Positions 40,271-51,526 of a DNA stretch of 64,000 nt are shown here, in pieces (the first letter of the stretch is position 1; every line of letters starts with the position of its first letter). The notes below the pieces were generated by a model that saw nothing but the letters and a program-made list of their open reading frames with translations, was not told where the DNA came from and searched no databases. This DNA comes from Macrostomum hystrix. Lineage: Eukaryota > Animalia > Platyhelminthes. The translations under genes were made by a program, and so were the position numbers. The stretch lies in the NCBI GenBank assembly GCA_950097015.1, contig CATNEN010000038.1:21700001-21764000 (forward strand), given 5' to 3'.

Positions 40271-43200
40271 CTAGTTGAACTGAATACCCTCGGCTAGCAT
40301 TAGCTTGCCGTAGGATTGGCCAACAGTTTGCAACAGTTCGCTAGTGAACTGGTGCAATTGGGCGGACACCAGCACCGGGTCTAGGGCTGCTGGAGGATTG
40401 CCAATCTTCGGCAGCTTGGACTTGTCTATGGCCTCCTCGCTTAGTGGCTCTTCGCCGCGCTGGGTTCGCTGCTGATTCTCGTAGACGATCTTCAGCTTCT
40501 GGTCCTGCGGTGGAGCCGAAAGCAAAATAAAAGTACACTGTTTTCATAACGTCATACAAAGTTTATTTCGTTAATACGGTCATACACCGTATATTTTGGT
40601 GTGAACTTCTGGTCATATTTTGGTAGCTTTCGGTCTATAAAGACAGTTTAGTTTGCTCATAGAGTCATACACAGTTTATTTGGGTCATAGAGTCATACAC
40701 CTTTTTTTGCTCATAGAGTCATACACAGTTCATTTTGGTCATAGAGTCATACACAGTTTATTTTACTCATAGAGAGTCATGCACAGTTTATTTGGGTCAT
40801 AGAGTCATACACAGTTTATTTTTGCTCATAGACTCAACCACAGTTTATTCTTGGTCATAGAGTCATACACAGTTTATCTTGCTCATAGAGTCATACACAG
40901 TTTATCTTGCTCATAGAGTCAAACACAGTTTATCTTGCTCATAGAGTCATACAGAGTTTATCTTGCTCATAGAGTCAAACACAGTTTATCTTGCTCATAG
41001 AGTCATACAGAGTTTATCTTGCTCATAGAGTCATACACAGTTTATCTTGCTCATAGAGTCAAACACAGTTTATCTTGCTCATAGAGTCATACAGAGTTTA
41101 TCTTGCTCATAGAGTCATGCAAAGTTTATTTGGATCATAGAGTCATGCACAGTTTATTTGGGTCATAGAGTCATACACAATCTTTTTGCTCATAGAGTCA
41201 TACACAGTTTATTTTGCTCATAGAGTCATACACAGTTTATTTTTGCTCATAGTCATACGCAGTTTATTTTGGTCATAGAGTCATGCAGTTTATTTTGCTC
41301 ATAGCGTCATGAACAGTTTATTTCTGGTCATAGAGTCATACACAGTTTATTTTAGTTATAGAGTCAGACCCTATATATTTTAGTCACACACAAACACAGA
41401 AAACTATATCATACTGGGTGTTTAATAGGCAATTAATGACCATATTAACTTAAACATACCTGCAAAGCCTTCTCATACTTCTTATAGGATCTCTGATAGT
41501 TAAGATACTTGGAAGATTCTTGCAGGATCACTTCGCAACCGCTTGAAAGCGATTTCAACTGCCGCTCCAGCTGACTGCCCATAGCCAGGCTGAGGCCGCT
41601 AAACGCGTTGCTAGCCACGCTATCCTCTACTTCGGCTAGCAACACATTCATGAGGTGACTATTGCGCACAATCACTGGCAGCTCCTGCACTAATGAGGCC
41701 TGGTTAACTAGCAGCTCCTTCATGCGCTGCTGACTCTGATTATCTTCGTCGCGCATCAGTTTAACCAGCTGCGGCGACAGTCGGAAGGCGCGAAACTCCA
41801 ACTGACCCCGGTTTGTCTTCTGGGGATTGTAGACTAGGGCTACGGCATCTAGCACTCCGACCTGCGACGTGGAAACCAATGCGCGGTGTCATTTTTGAGC
41901 AGCTTACCCACTACACTTGCTGGGGAAACTAATGATATGGGAGGATTAGGGTAAATGAGGATCTGAAAGTGGGAGGGGGTGATTGAGAGGACCTGGGAGG
42001 CTATGAGATCAAAGATTTTGGAATAAAATTGAGGATTTATATAAAGCTTTAGAATAAAAGAGAGGATCCAGGAGGTTTTGAGTGAAAAGTGAGGATCCAG
42101 AAGGTTTTGAGTGAAGTGAGGATCCAGGAGGTTTTGGGATAAAAGAGAGGATCCAGGAGGTTTTGAGTGAAAAGTGAGGATCCAGAAGGTTTTGGGATAA
42201 AAGAGAGGATCCAGGAGGTTTTGAGTGAAAAGTGAGGATCCAGAAGGTTTTGAGTGAAAAGTGAGGATCCAGATGGTTTTGGGATAAAAGAGAGGATCCA
42301 GGAGGTTTTGGGATAAAAGAGAGGATCCAGATGGTTTTGGGACAAAAGAGAGGATCTAGATGGTTTTGAGAGAAAAGTGAGGATCCAGAAGGTTTTGGGA
42401 GAAAAGTGAGGATCCGGAAGGCTATGGGATAAAAACAGGGAACTAATACGATTCTGGAATAACATAGAGGATCTGAGAGGCTATGTGATAAAAGAGAGGA
42501 TCCAAGAGGTTTTTGGGATAAAATTGAGGATCTGGTAGGCTTATGGGATAAAAGTGGGGATCTTGAAGGCTATGAGATAAAAAATGGGGATCTAATAGGA
42601 TTCTGGAATAAAATTGAGGATCCGGGAGGCTATGGGCTGTAAAGTGGGGATTTAAAAAGCAGAGATAAAGTTGAGATGTTATAAATACCCAAGATGCTAA
42701 AAGCAGCGTCAAACTCACCTGATAGTGAAACTGCGACTCAACGAATTCCTTAGTAAGGAACTCGGCCCCAGCAGAGCTCTGATACCAGCCGACAGTCAAA
42801 TAGTCGGCGTTGAGTTGGCGAAAATTCTTTTGAATATCCAGCTGGTATTTGGCCGCGTCGAATTCAGGAGCCGGCACAATGCTAAACCCTGCGCTAGCCG
42901 CTTCCTCGTCCTCAGATTGGCGAGGAAAAGGAAAACAGTTGGTTACCTCCAGGCGGGTGTTCTGCACCAGGCCGAATAGGAGGCCCTGCAATGATCATTA
43001 AATGGATTGAATGAAAAATCGGAAACCCTCTAGATTTGACATCCTTTGGGCCCTTTTATTAACCTACTAGCCTTGACGAAGACACTTAAGAAATCATGTA
43101 GCCTTGACCTTCTTCGACCGCTGAGAAATCCTGTAGTCTTGACCTTCTTTGACCGCTGAGAAATCCTGTAGCCTCGACCTTCTTTAACCGCTGAGAAATC

Positions 43201-44076
43201 CTGTAGCCTCGACCTTATTTGACCCCTGAGAAATCCTGTTGCCTTGACCTTCTTTAACCCCTGAGAAATCCTGTAGCCTTGACCTTCTTTAACCGCTGAG
43301 AAATCCTGTAGCCTCGACCTTATTTGACCGCTGAGAAATCCTGTAGCCTTGACCTTCTTTAACCCCTGAGAAATCATGTAGCCTCGACCTTATTTGACCG
43401 CTGAGAAATCATGTAGGAATGACCTTCTTTAACCCCTGAGAAATCATGTAGGAATGACCTTTGCACACAAACTTTTCTGAGCCTTCAAAAAAGCATTAGA
43501 CTTGACCCCTCTAACATCCTGCAGACTCGCCCTAATGTGGTCCCTGACTCAAAAGTCACAGCCGCATAAAATCACCTGAACAATTCGATTTCCGCTCATC
43601 TGCTCCTCGTGACAATGCTTGGCAATCTTCAGCACAACCAGGCCCTCCATTACCACCTGCTGAACACTGCTGGCGTCTTCGTCGTCACCGGCGGAAGCCG
43701 AAGCGGCGGCTGCGGCGGCTGCGGCAACGGAGGCGGCGCTTGGCTGCGGCTGCTGATGGCCGTGATAACCGCCGCCGTAGCCGCCGTGGCCGCCACCACC
43801 ATAGCCACCGTGGCCACCACCACCGTAGCCACCATGGCCACCACCACCGTAGCCACCATGGCCACCACCACCGTAGCCACCGTGGCCACCGTGGCCACCA
43901 CCACCGTAGCCGCCGCCACCGTGGCCACCGCCACCGTAGCCGCCGCCACCGTGGCCACCGCCACCGTAGCCGCCGCCACCGTGGCCACCGCCACCGTAGC
44001 CGCCGCCACCGTGGCCACCGCCACCGTAGCCACCGCCACCGTGGTATCCACCCCTTCGTTGATACGAATAAGACAT
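40271..44076 (-). CDS. EIF3H: Eukaryotic translation initiation factor 3 subunit H, 4 exons, with a Gly/Tyr/His-rich N-terminal extension
   Basis: Exons 44076-43576, 42985-42719, 41861-41460, 40504-40271 (all phase 0). MPN motifs VVLKIAKHC, QGLLFGL..RLEVTNCFPFP, VGWYQS, PVIVRNSHLMNVL and C-terminal ENQQRTQRGEEPL...GKLMLAEGIQ. Confidence 0.95.
40650..41370. repeat. ~28-29 bp minisatellite in eIF3h intron 3 (CATAGAGTCATACACAGTTTATCTTGCT)
   Basis: Tandem units. Confidence 0.93.
41950..42655. repeat. ~29-bp minisatellite in eIF3h intron 2 (GAGGATCCAGGAGGTTTTGAGTGAAAAGT)
   Basis: Tandem units with degenerate edges. Confidence 0.9.
43085..43460. repeat. 35-bp minisatellite in eIF3h intron 1 (GAGAAATCCTGTAGCCTTGACCTTCTTTAACCGCT)
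   Basis: Tandem units. Confidence 0.92.
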
Positions 44077-44590
44077 GATTGCTTTATCGAATCAGTTAAT
44101 TTATTTATAAAGCGCTTGTAACTGGAAAGAATGAAACATTAGGGTTAGATTTTAAAGCTTTTTAAATAAAGCTAATTTGGTGTGTACATAGGGGTGTCCG
44201 TGGAATGGGTATGAGATCCCATAGACCACAGCCCCGTTTAAGTATCAGAATTATCACAGTAATGTAATTAAGAAACACAATTGAGTACATAATATTTTTA
44301 AAGAAACCATTCCGTTTAATTGTTGTAAAAAATTACATTCGTTTTAATTTAGTTTTTTAACTAATTACAGAATAAATTTACCGAAGCACCAGATAAAACC
44401 TATAAATAACTAGACGCTTGATTTAAACAGGCATGATTGGTTAAACAAAGTAAAATTCTACAATTTGGTCTGAATTTGTGTCATTTAGCGCAAATTTCTA
44501 CTGCAAGTAGACAAACGCTAAAAGAGAACAAGAAAAAAAGTTACTTCTTATTTATCCTTTAAAAACGGTTGCGATAGGGGTTTACCCCTT

Positions 44591-45103
44591 TCATTTATCC
44601 TTCTTAGAGGATGACGACGCTGGCGTTGGATTAGTTGCTAAGCAACCAAAGCGCAACAAGAACAGCCTTAGATAGGCCACACTGATACACATCTGGGCTA
44701 CATTAATAGCCATACTGCAGCCGTGTAGTTTACGAAAGCTCGGCGACTTATTAATCATTGCATTAGTAACTGCCGGGCCTAATACGTACTGATGCGTAGC
44801 GGCTAGCACCGTTGCCATTAGCAACGCGCCGGCGTATCTGACACCGGACGACTGCGGCAGAATGGCGCGATAACGGACTAGAAAGATGACCAGCAGACTC
44901 GAATAAAGCAGTGTCTGGGCTAGAAAATATTTAGGCAGCAGTACGCCTTGAACTTCTTTAAATGTTTCTAAGCTGACGTTGCGAAACAGTGTCGGTCCGC
45001 TGACTAGGGTCACCCAGAATTGTGTGCCAACAAGTAGGGCCCAGGTAAATAAGTGAATGGCATCGGTCCATGCGCCTACACTTCGTGTTTTCTGCTGCTG
45101 CAT
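44591..45103 (-). CDS. TMEM205: TMEM205-like membrane protein (DUF4149), single exon
   Basis: HLFTWALLVGTQFWVTLVSGPTLFRNVSLETFKEVQGVLLPKYF and FRKLHGCSMAINV match the TMEM205 pattern; four hydrophobic segments. Confidence 0.85.
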   Translation of the reverse strand: MQQQKTRSVGAWTDAIHLFTWALLVGTQFWVTLVSGPTLFRNVSLETFKEVQGVLLPKYFLAQTLLYSSLLVIFLVRYRAILPQSSGVRYAGALLMATVLAATHQYVLGPAVTNAMINKSPSFRKLHGCSMAINVAQMCISVAYLRLFLLRFGCLATNPTPASSSSKKDK

Positions 45104-45257
45104 TCGCTAGTTTGAGATGATGTAGCAAAAAAGCTGAAAATAACACGAGTGCAGTAAAGCTTTCGTTTTAAAAATATGATAAACTAGAATCTTAAAAAAC
45201 AATGGCCACATCTACATAAATTGACCTGTGTTGTAGGTTGTAATTCTGACTTTAAAT

Positions 45258-45570
45258 GAGGTTGCAGCGGTTAGAGCGTCTGACTCACGACTTGAAGGTC
45301 GGGGGTTCGATTCCTGACTCCACTGGAGCAATATGAGCCCCTTAGCAAGGCACTTAACTCTGCATTGCTTCAGTTCACACAGCTGTTAAATGGGTACCAG
45401 CATTAGCTGGGATAATTGAGGGTGGGTGTCTCGTGTGGCGTCCCCCCCCAGTCCATGGACTCGACAGCCGTACGCAGCTTTCAGACTAGCCGCGCAACAG
45501 CTGCGGCTGTAGTGTCGGCTGCACAAGTGGCCTAATCAGGGCAGGTGTAATTAGTGTAATTATTATTTAA
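45258..45570 (+). mobile_element. SINE family A, near full-length copy
   Basis: tRNA-like head with GGTTCGATTCC; the segment CCTTAGCAAGGCACTTAACTCTGCATTGCTTCAGTTCACACAGCTGTTAAATGGG resembles the MIR CORE domain; ends in a TAAT-rich tail. Confidence 0.88.
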
Positions 45571-46039
45571 TAATCCGTTTTCTAATGAAACTAAATTAAT
45601 GAAAGATGAAAACTCTATGTTGAGTCAATGAGGCTTCGGTGGAACGCATTTATTTATTATCATTTGAAGAAATGCCGTGTGTTTGCTTGTTTTTTTCAAG
45701 ACGCAAAATACACTAGGCAATTATATCGCCAATAAAAGCTATGTAATAAGCACCAGATCGAATCCCTATTCGATTGTTGAAACTAATAACTAAAGTAGTT
45801 TTAAATTCAAGTAAAATAAAACTCGGGCAAAAATGTTTGGACAATAAGAGAGACCACTATAAAACATTAAACTGCATATCGTTAAACTGACAGTAAAGCA
45901 AGTAAATGAAACGTAAAGACTGCGTACAAACGTGCAAATGATGCATGATAATAAGTCGTAAATTGAAATATAAATTACTTTTTATGAAATGTAAAGTTGA
46001 TAAAAAACGAAAGATTCCATAAAAAATCGGAGCAATCAA

Positions 46040-47329
46040 TCAATCGATAAATTGATCAATACCATTATCTAAGTGAAAACAGACGACGCGGTTTGCATTT
46101 CGAAAATGCGTCACCCGGACTAGCACATTACGTCCAAGCAGGCTGCGCCGTAATCTTTGATGGAGCCGGCGTCTCTGACGCGACATATCAGTGACGCAAC
46201 CTAAAGTGCCCATTAGCAGCTCCGCGCTAGCATTGAAAGCGTGTGCAAGTACGCCGCTAACAGACTGCATTGGCGATGCTGATAGTGAACTCTCTTTGAT
46301 AGAATTTGATAATAGCAAGGAAATTCGCATCTGAGTCAGCATTGGGGACCGACTTTGACAGCTACGACACTCTGTTGGCTCAGCTTTGGTGCAAACGGCA
46401 TCAGAAGAGTTGCAAATAGGCTGAGTACAATGACAAGTAGGGCAAAGCAGCCAAGACAACAGGTCTGGAGTAGCTGGCATTATGCGAGCAATTCTAGCAG
46501 CGCATAGCGACACTGTGACTAAAGATTCTGATGTTGTTTTAACTGCTAAAGCCAGCAGCTCATCGATAGATAGCACACACAGGGGTACTGGATCTGAGAT
46601 TTTAAGAAGTAAGTCTTCGTCACTGCCAGTTAATCTATGCTCATCAACTTCTGGAATCAATTGCATCTGTTCGACAAGCAAATCTTGATTTGGCAAGCAA
46701 ATCTGGTCTTTGCCACTGTAGTCAATCATAAGCCGATGGCTGCCAATCAGTTTTTCGTCTTCCACAAAATATTTTGCCGATGATAAGCAAGCAGTATTCG
46801 CAGAAGACTTCCTAGACCGCCACTCATGCCAAATGTGCAACTGTCTGACAGTGTTTAGATCATTAGCTGTGACATTAGCGCCTAGTCGCAGGTGGGCTTT
46901 GTTGCAACTATCAACAGTTGGAAAATTATACAGTACAGAGCCATCAGACACTGAGATATGAAGCTCCGAACCTTCATAGCTAGCCCGATGAACGATAATA
47001 ACACAGCCATGATTTAATGGCGGCAATAACTTTGATCTATTTGAGTCTGCCTCAATCTTACACTGCAGACCTGTAGGCACTGTTGGGTCGCACAGTCGAA
47101 TAGATAAGTAAAAGGTACCAAAATAGCTTCTGCGTGAATTGATGCAGGTCACGTGATCAACTACAGCAATAAGATTACACTGAATGGCGAACGATGGCTG
47201 GAATGGTGTCGAAGCTAGGCATAACAAATCCTTTAACTGAATAAAGTGGTATTGTCGCAATTTGCATGATTTATTTAAAATCTTTGTGCACTGCTTTAAC
47301 TTCTTTAGTTGTTGCCGAGTGACTGGCAT
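46040..47329 (-). CDS. POT1-like (protection of telomeres) OB-fold protein, divergent, single coding exon
   Basis: N-terminal part resembles POT1 OB1 (YHFIQLKDL...NLIAVV...IRLCDPT...GCVIIVHR...DLNTVRQLHIW). C-terminal part resembles OB3 with a zinc site (ARIARIMP...LLCPTC...CRSC...ISLLLSNS). First ATG after the acceptor at 47385 is at 47329. Confidence 0.65.
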   Translation of the reverse strand: MPVTRQQLKKLKQCTKILNKSCKLRQYHFIQLKDLLCLASTPFQPSFAIQCNLIAVVDHVTCINSRRSYFGTFYLSIRLCDPTVPTGLQCKIEADSNRSKLLPPLNHGCVIIVHRASYEGSELHISVSDGSVLYNFPTVDSCNKAHLRLGANVTANDLNTVRQLHIWHEWRSRKSSANTACLSSAKYFVEDEKLIGSHRLMIDYSGKDQICLPNQDLLVEQMQLIPEVDEHRLTGSDEDLLLKISDPVPLCVLSIDELLALAVKTTSESLVTVSLCAARIARIMPATPDLLSWLLCPTCHCTQPICNSSDAVCTKAEPTECRSCQSRSPMLTQMRISLLLSNSIKESSLSASPMQSVSGVLAHAFNASAELLMGTLGCVTDMSRQRRRLHQRLRRSLLGRNVLVRVTHFRNANRVVCFHLDNGIDQFID

Positions 47330-48760
47330 GAGGGATGTCAACAGAACTGCGAGTGGACCACTTTTGCAGTGATACAGTACCGATCTGAATAAAAATGTGA
47401 AAATTCAGTGCTAGATTGTAAAAAATGCAATCTTGATATATACTACTCATAGTTTACACTTGAACAGTAGTATATACAAACTAGAGTGTAAACTTCAGGC
47501 CAGGACATGCATTGAAGTTTATTATCTTTATTGATTTTTACAAAATTACACATTTGTATAAACTTTTCAAGCAGCAATTAATATCAAAGTATTTATATGA
47601 GCAAGCATGCATTTTAGACAATATTACTTGCATGTTTTATGCAAGAAAACATTTGCATACTTTTAAGGGCTACCTACAACATTTAATTAAAAAACTGTAT
47701 CTCTTAATGTTTATATTTCCTATAGGAAATGTATACCTGCAAGTTACCTAACGCTGAGCCTTTGCATTGATTGATTTTAGAAATAATACATATTATGGTT
47801 TGTATTTCTGTTTAGAGTAAAAAAGTAAATTGACCATGATTTCAACGATAGTTTAACTAAAATGTGAACAACCATTTCCAATCATTGACCTCGCTTTTTT
47901 GATGCTCTAAATAACTAAATGCATGCACTATAGCATATACATAATCATTGTGCTTAATGTTTATATAAAAAATTGAACAGATTCACATTACCTCAACAAA
48001 ATTAGTAACATTAATAACTACATTTTTTATTATTAAAACTTGTGATCTAATGAAATTTTGACTTGTGACACTAACAAATATAGAATAAAATGAAATTAGG
48101 ATTTGTGGCAATATCCAAAGCAGAAATTATATTGGTTGTAGTTGACACATTTGTCTCTCACACAAAGGTTCCTAAGCTGAATTCCACAGCAAAGCCAGGT
48201 TAATTTTTCTTTCCACATATTACCATATCCATGTGCAGCACACCTAAATAAATGACTAGAGACTTCTGTTTGGTAAGCCTCACAAAGCAAGCAACTTAAA
48301 GCTTAAAGAAACTACTGAAACATCAATTTAGCTCTTCAACTCTGAAAAGTAGAATCATTTAGTAGAACTAATGTAACTGCGTATGCCTAGAATACATTAG
48401 TTACACATTTCATTCATTCTTTCATTCACATCACATTTATTACTAACCTTTGCTCTGGGGTTTCTCTATTTTATGCCTTACACTAACAAAATCTAATTTC
48501 ATACCAATTACACTTTACTGCCCAATAATTAATCAGACATGCATTGCTTTTCAATGATATCAACCAATAGTACTACAGCAATATTTGAGCAAAAAAATCT
48601 TTCAAGGAATCACACTTTCAAGGAATCAAAAAAATAATTTCTGCCCATTGCTACACAGACATCAGTTAAGCAATTCACAACTCTATATGGCTTGCCACAA
48701 GCTAAAGGTCTTTAATGTTTAAAATTTAGCAGCATATAATAGGCACAAAACAGCAGTGAA

Positions 48761-49031
48761 CATACATGCGCAACCTCCCAAATCTTAGCCGGCCTTGCGA
48801 CTTAGTTTTTGCTCTCATTTGCGACTTAGTTCGTTTCATTGCTCTATTTACGACTTAGTTTGCTCTCATTTTCTCTCCCCTTTTTCCTTTCCTTCACGCC
48901 TTCCTTTTTTGTCCCTTGGTCCCCCCTTTGATTTTTTGGCTCTTGGTCGATTGGTTTTTGCGACTTACTTTGCTTGGCCCTCGTTTCACCCGGCCGGTTC
49001 GGCCGGGTCAGCCGGGTGTTGTGCATGCATG
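48761..49031. mobile_element. hAT-type MITE, copy 1
   Basis: TIRs CATACATGCGCAAC...GTTGTGCATGCATG; 8-bp TSD GCAGTGAA on both sides. Confidence 0.9.
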
Positions 49032-49199
49032 GCAGTGAATGAAAGTGTCATCCATCGAAGGAGAAACTTCTGATTTACGAGTAATAATTGGAATCTAGTC
49101 AATCATCCCTAAGATAAAAAAAGAAACCCATATTTTGCATTTGAGTCCAGTTGCACCACAAAATAATACACTGAGAGTAGTGCACATGAAACTTGAGAA

Positions 49200-49500
49200 A
49201 TTATTTACCAACTATTTGCCAGCCCCATTAAATAGAGAGCAGATTCTGACAGCTCAGCAGGAAGACCCTGTGAATAAGCAGATAATTGAGTGGAGGAATG
49301 CCAAGGTGCTTAATCCCCAATTGCCAAATGAGGCCAGGTCCAAATTTCCAAAGGGATTTGTCACTGCTATGGAGACCCATATAGTGAAGTGTATCCTCTG
49401 CTTGGAAAGCATGCAAGGTCATCCACTGTAAGCTTTCATTCAGTGATTCCAAATCAATGATCCATTTCATTAACCATTTATATTAACTATAGTACCCAAC
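49200..49500 (+). pseudogene. Possible LTR-retrotransposon pol fragment
   Basis: REQILTAQQEDPVNKQIIEW resembles the RNaseH-integrase linker of gypsy-type pol; short and degraded. Confidence 0.3.
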
Positions 49501-50099
49501 TCAATCAAGGAAGCAATTAGTTAAGGGAAGCCACCCCAGCGCCACAATTGAGAATAAGGAAAAGACAACAGATAAGAAAAGTCACACTAAGAAGACAGGA
49601 CAAAGTATTAAGGGAAGCCACCTGAGAAATCGGAGCAAGCAACTCAAGGAAAAGCAAACAAACCCATCAGATTAAGTCCAAAGATGAAGAGAGATTAATG
49701 TGGCAATGGCAATAGAAACAAGGAAAATAAATTGAGAGCAAGCTTACTGGACATTGAAGCCAAAGTAGAGATAGGTAATATTAACAGTCAGTCAGATGGT
49801 GAAAACACTGAAGAGGCGAGTGAAAGCGAGAGCAAGAATGGAACCGTAGGTATTAACACCACAGCGCAGGAACAAGGCCAGAATGGCAAAGGTGACAAAA
49901 TAGCTCTACATAAATATAACACAAGACAATGATGTGTTAATCACCTAGCCAGATTTAGGGACTATTTTAACTGTCAGTCCACAGCAATGACATGGCTAAG
50001 AACAATTTTAGACACTAAGTCAAAGGATGAGAAGAGCCAAACAATGGCCAGGAAGTAAAAAAAAGGGAAATCTTGGTTAACCAATAGGAATTGTTTTAG

Positions 50100-51400
50100 G
50101 AGGGGTTCGGGAGTCAACAAGTCATTGGGTGGCAGCATTGCAGATGGCAGAATTGCCTGTCAGCATCGCCTAGGATGGAAGAAGGAAGAACTGAGGCGCT
50201 TCCTTGAGGTGGTCAACGACTTCTTAAAGTTGATGATGAAATGCGGTAATTTCTGAACCAGAAGCTGCAAGAGAACCCCTTCCTAACGTTAAAAGAGATA
50301 GCCAACTGCATGGCTGCACAGTTTCTGGAGAAGTCTCAAGTGGGGTACCATACGGTCGATCGGATACACCCTGAAGCTTGGCACGAAGGGCAGTGACACC
50401 AGAGCGAGCTGCAATCTGCCTGAAAACATCGAGGCCCGGAGAGAATATGCCAACTTCAGGCTGCACCTTGATGCCTCCATACACATCATCTATTTGGACA
50501 AAACTGGATTCAACTTGTGGCTATGGCAATTGCAGGGCCGTGCTATCAGGGGTCGCCCTGTTAAGCAGACTGTGATGACACAAAGAGGCCCAAACATACA
50601 TGCGCAACCTCCCAAATCTTAGCCGGCCGTGCGACTTAGTTTTTGCTCTCATTTGCGACTTAGTTCATTTCATTGCTCTATTTACGACTTAGTTTGCTCT
50701 CATTTGCTCTCTTTTTCTCTCCCCTTTTTCCTTTTCTTCACGCCTTCCTTTTTTGTCCCTTGGTCCCCCCTTTGATTTTTTTGCGCTTGGTCAATTGGTT
50801 TTTGCGACTTACCTTGCTTGGCCCTCGTTTCACCCGGCCGGTTCGGCCGGGTCGGCCGGGTGTTGCGCATGTATGGGCCCAAACATGACCATCTGCATGG
50901 CTATCTGCTCAGAGTTTGGCCTGGTGCACTCGACCGTGCAGCGGGGTGGTCAGACACTGGTTCACTTCCAGTTCATCAAATTCTTGGCAGAGCAATGCAA
51001 TGAGCTCAATGCCGATGCCACTGGTTGTGATGGACGGCCCACACTTCCACAGGGGAGCCAGGGTGCTGGAGCAACTACAAGAGAAGATCTTGATTCATAT
51101 CTTGCCGTCATACTCACCCTTCCTCAACCCATCGGAACTGGCCAACAGTGCGCTGAAGGCACGGATCAAAAGCCGCCTGGCAGATGCTGGACTAGTCAAC
51201 AAGGAGGCCGTTGCTCCAGATGGCATCAACAAAGAGGAGTGGTGATTCATGCTGTTAGAGAGGGAGGCTCGCGAAGTGATTGAGAACAGTCACTGCTAGG
51301 AAGTCTGCCGCGTGGGACCTGCATTGCAGACGACTCTTTGGGCAGTGCATTGAGGGATGGCTATTTCAACTCTTTACTTTACTGTACTGTATCATCAAGT
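50100..51400 (+). pseudogene. Decayed IS630/Tc1-mariner (DDE_3) transposase, interrupted by the hAT MITE
   Basis: Motifs across frameshifts: IIYLDKTGFNLW, QRGPN|MTICMAI, LVVMDGPHFH, LPSYSPFLNPSELANSALKARIK. Confidence 0.85.
50595..50875. mobile_element. hAT-type MITE, copy 2
   Basis: Perfect TIRs CATACATGCGCAAC/GTTGCGCATGTATG; 8-bp TSD GGCCCAAA; near-identical to copy 1. Confidence 0.92.
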
Positions 51401-51526
51401 GTGTTCCTGTTTCCGTTATTCCATTCAAGCTATTGGCTAGTCATACAGCTCAGAAGGTATAAAAATAAAAGAATACAATGCATAGACCAATTGATTCTCA
51501 CATTGGATAGCTTATCACTTTGCTTG

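Noticed and set aside
43609-44121. Antisense and alternative-frame ORFs (VATVAAAT, His/Arg-rich)
   Set aside because: Shadows of the Gly-rich eIF3h coding repeat.
45258-45325. tRNA gene (also at 9.85, 28.35, 40.1, 58.66 and 61.0 kb)
   Set aside because: A/B boxes are present but the cloverleaf stems do not pair well, and most copies continue into a shared SINE body.
48761-50875. LTR pair flanking a retroelement
   Set aside because: Each copy has its own TIRs and a different 8-bp TSD, so they are independent MITE insertions; there are no TG...CA ends.
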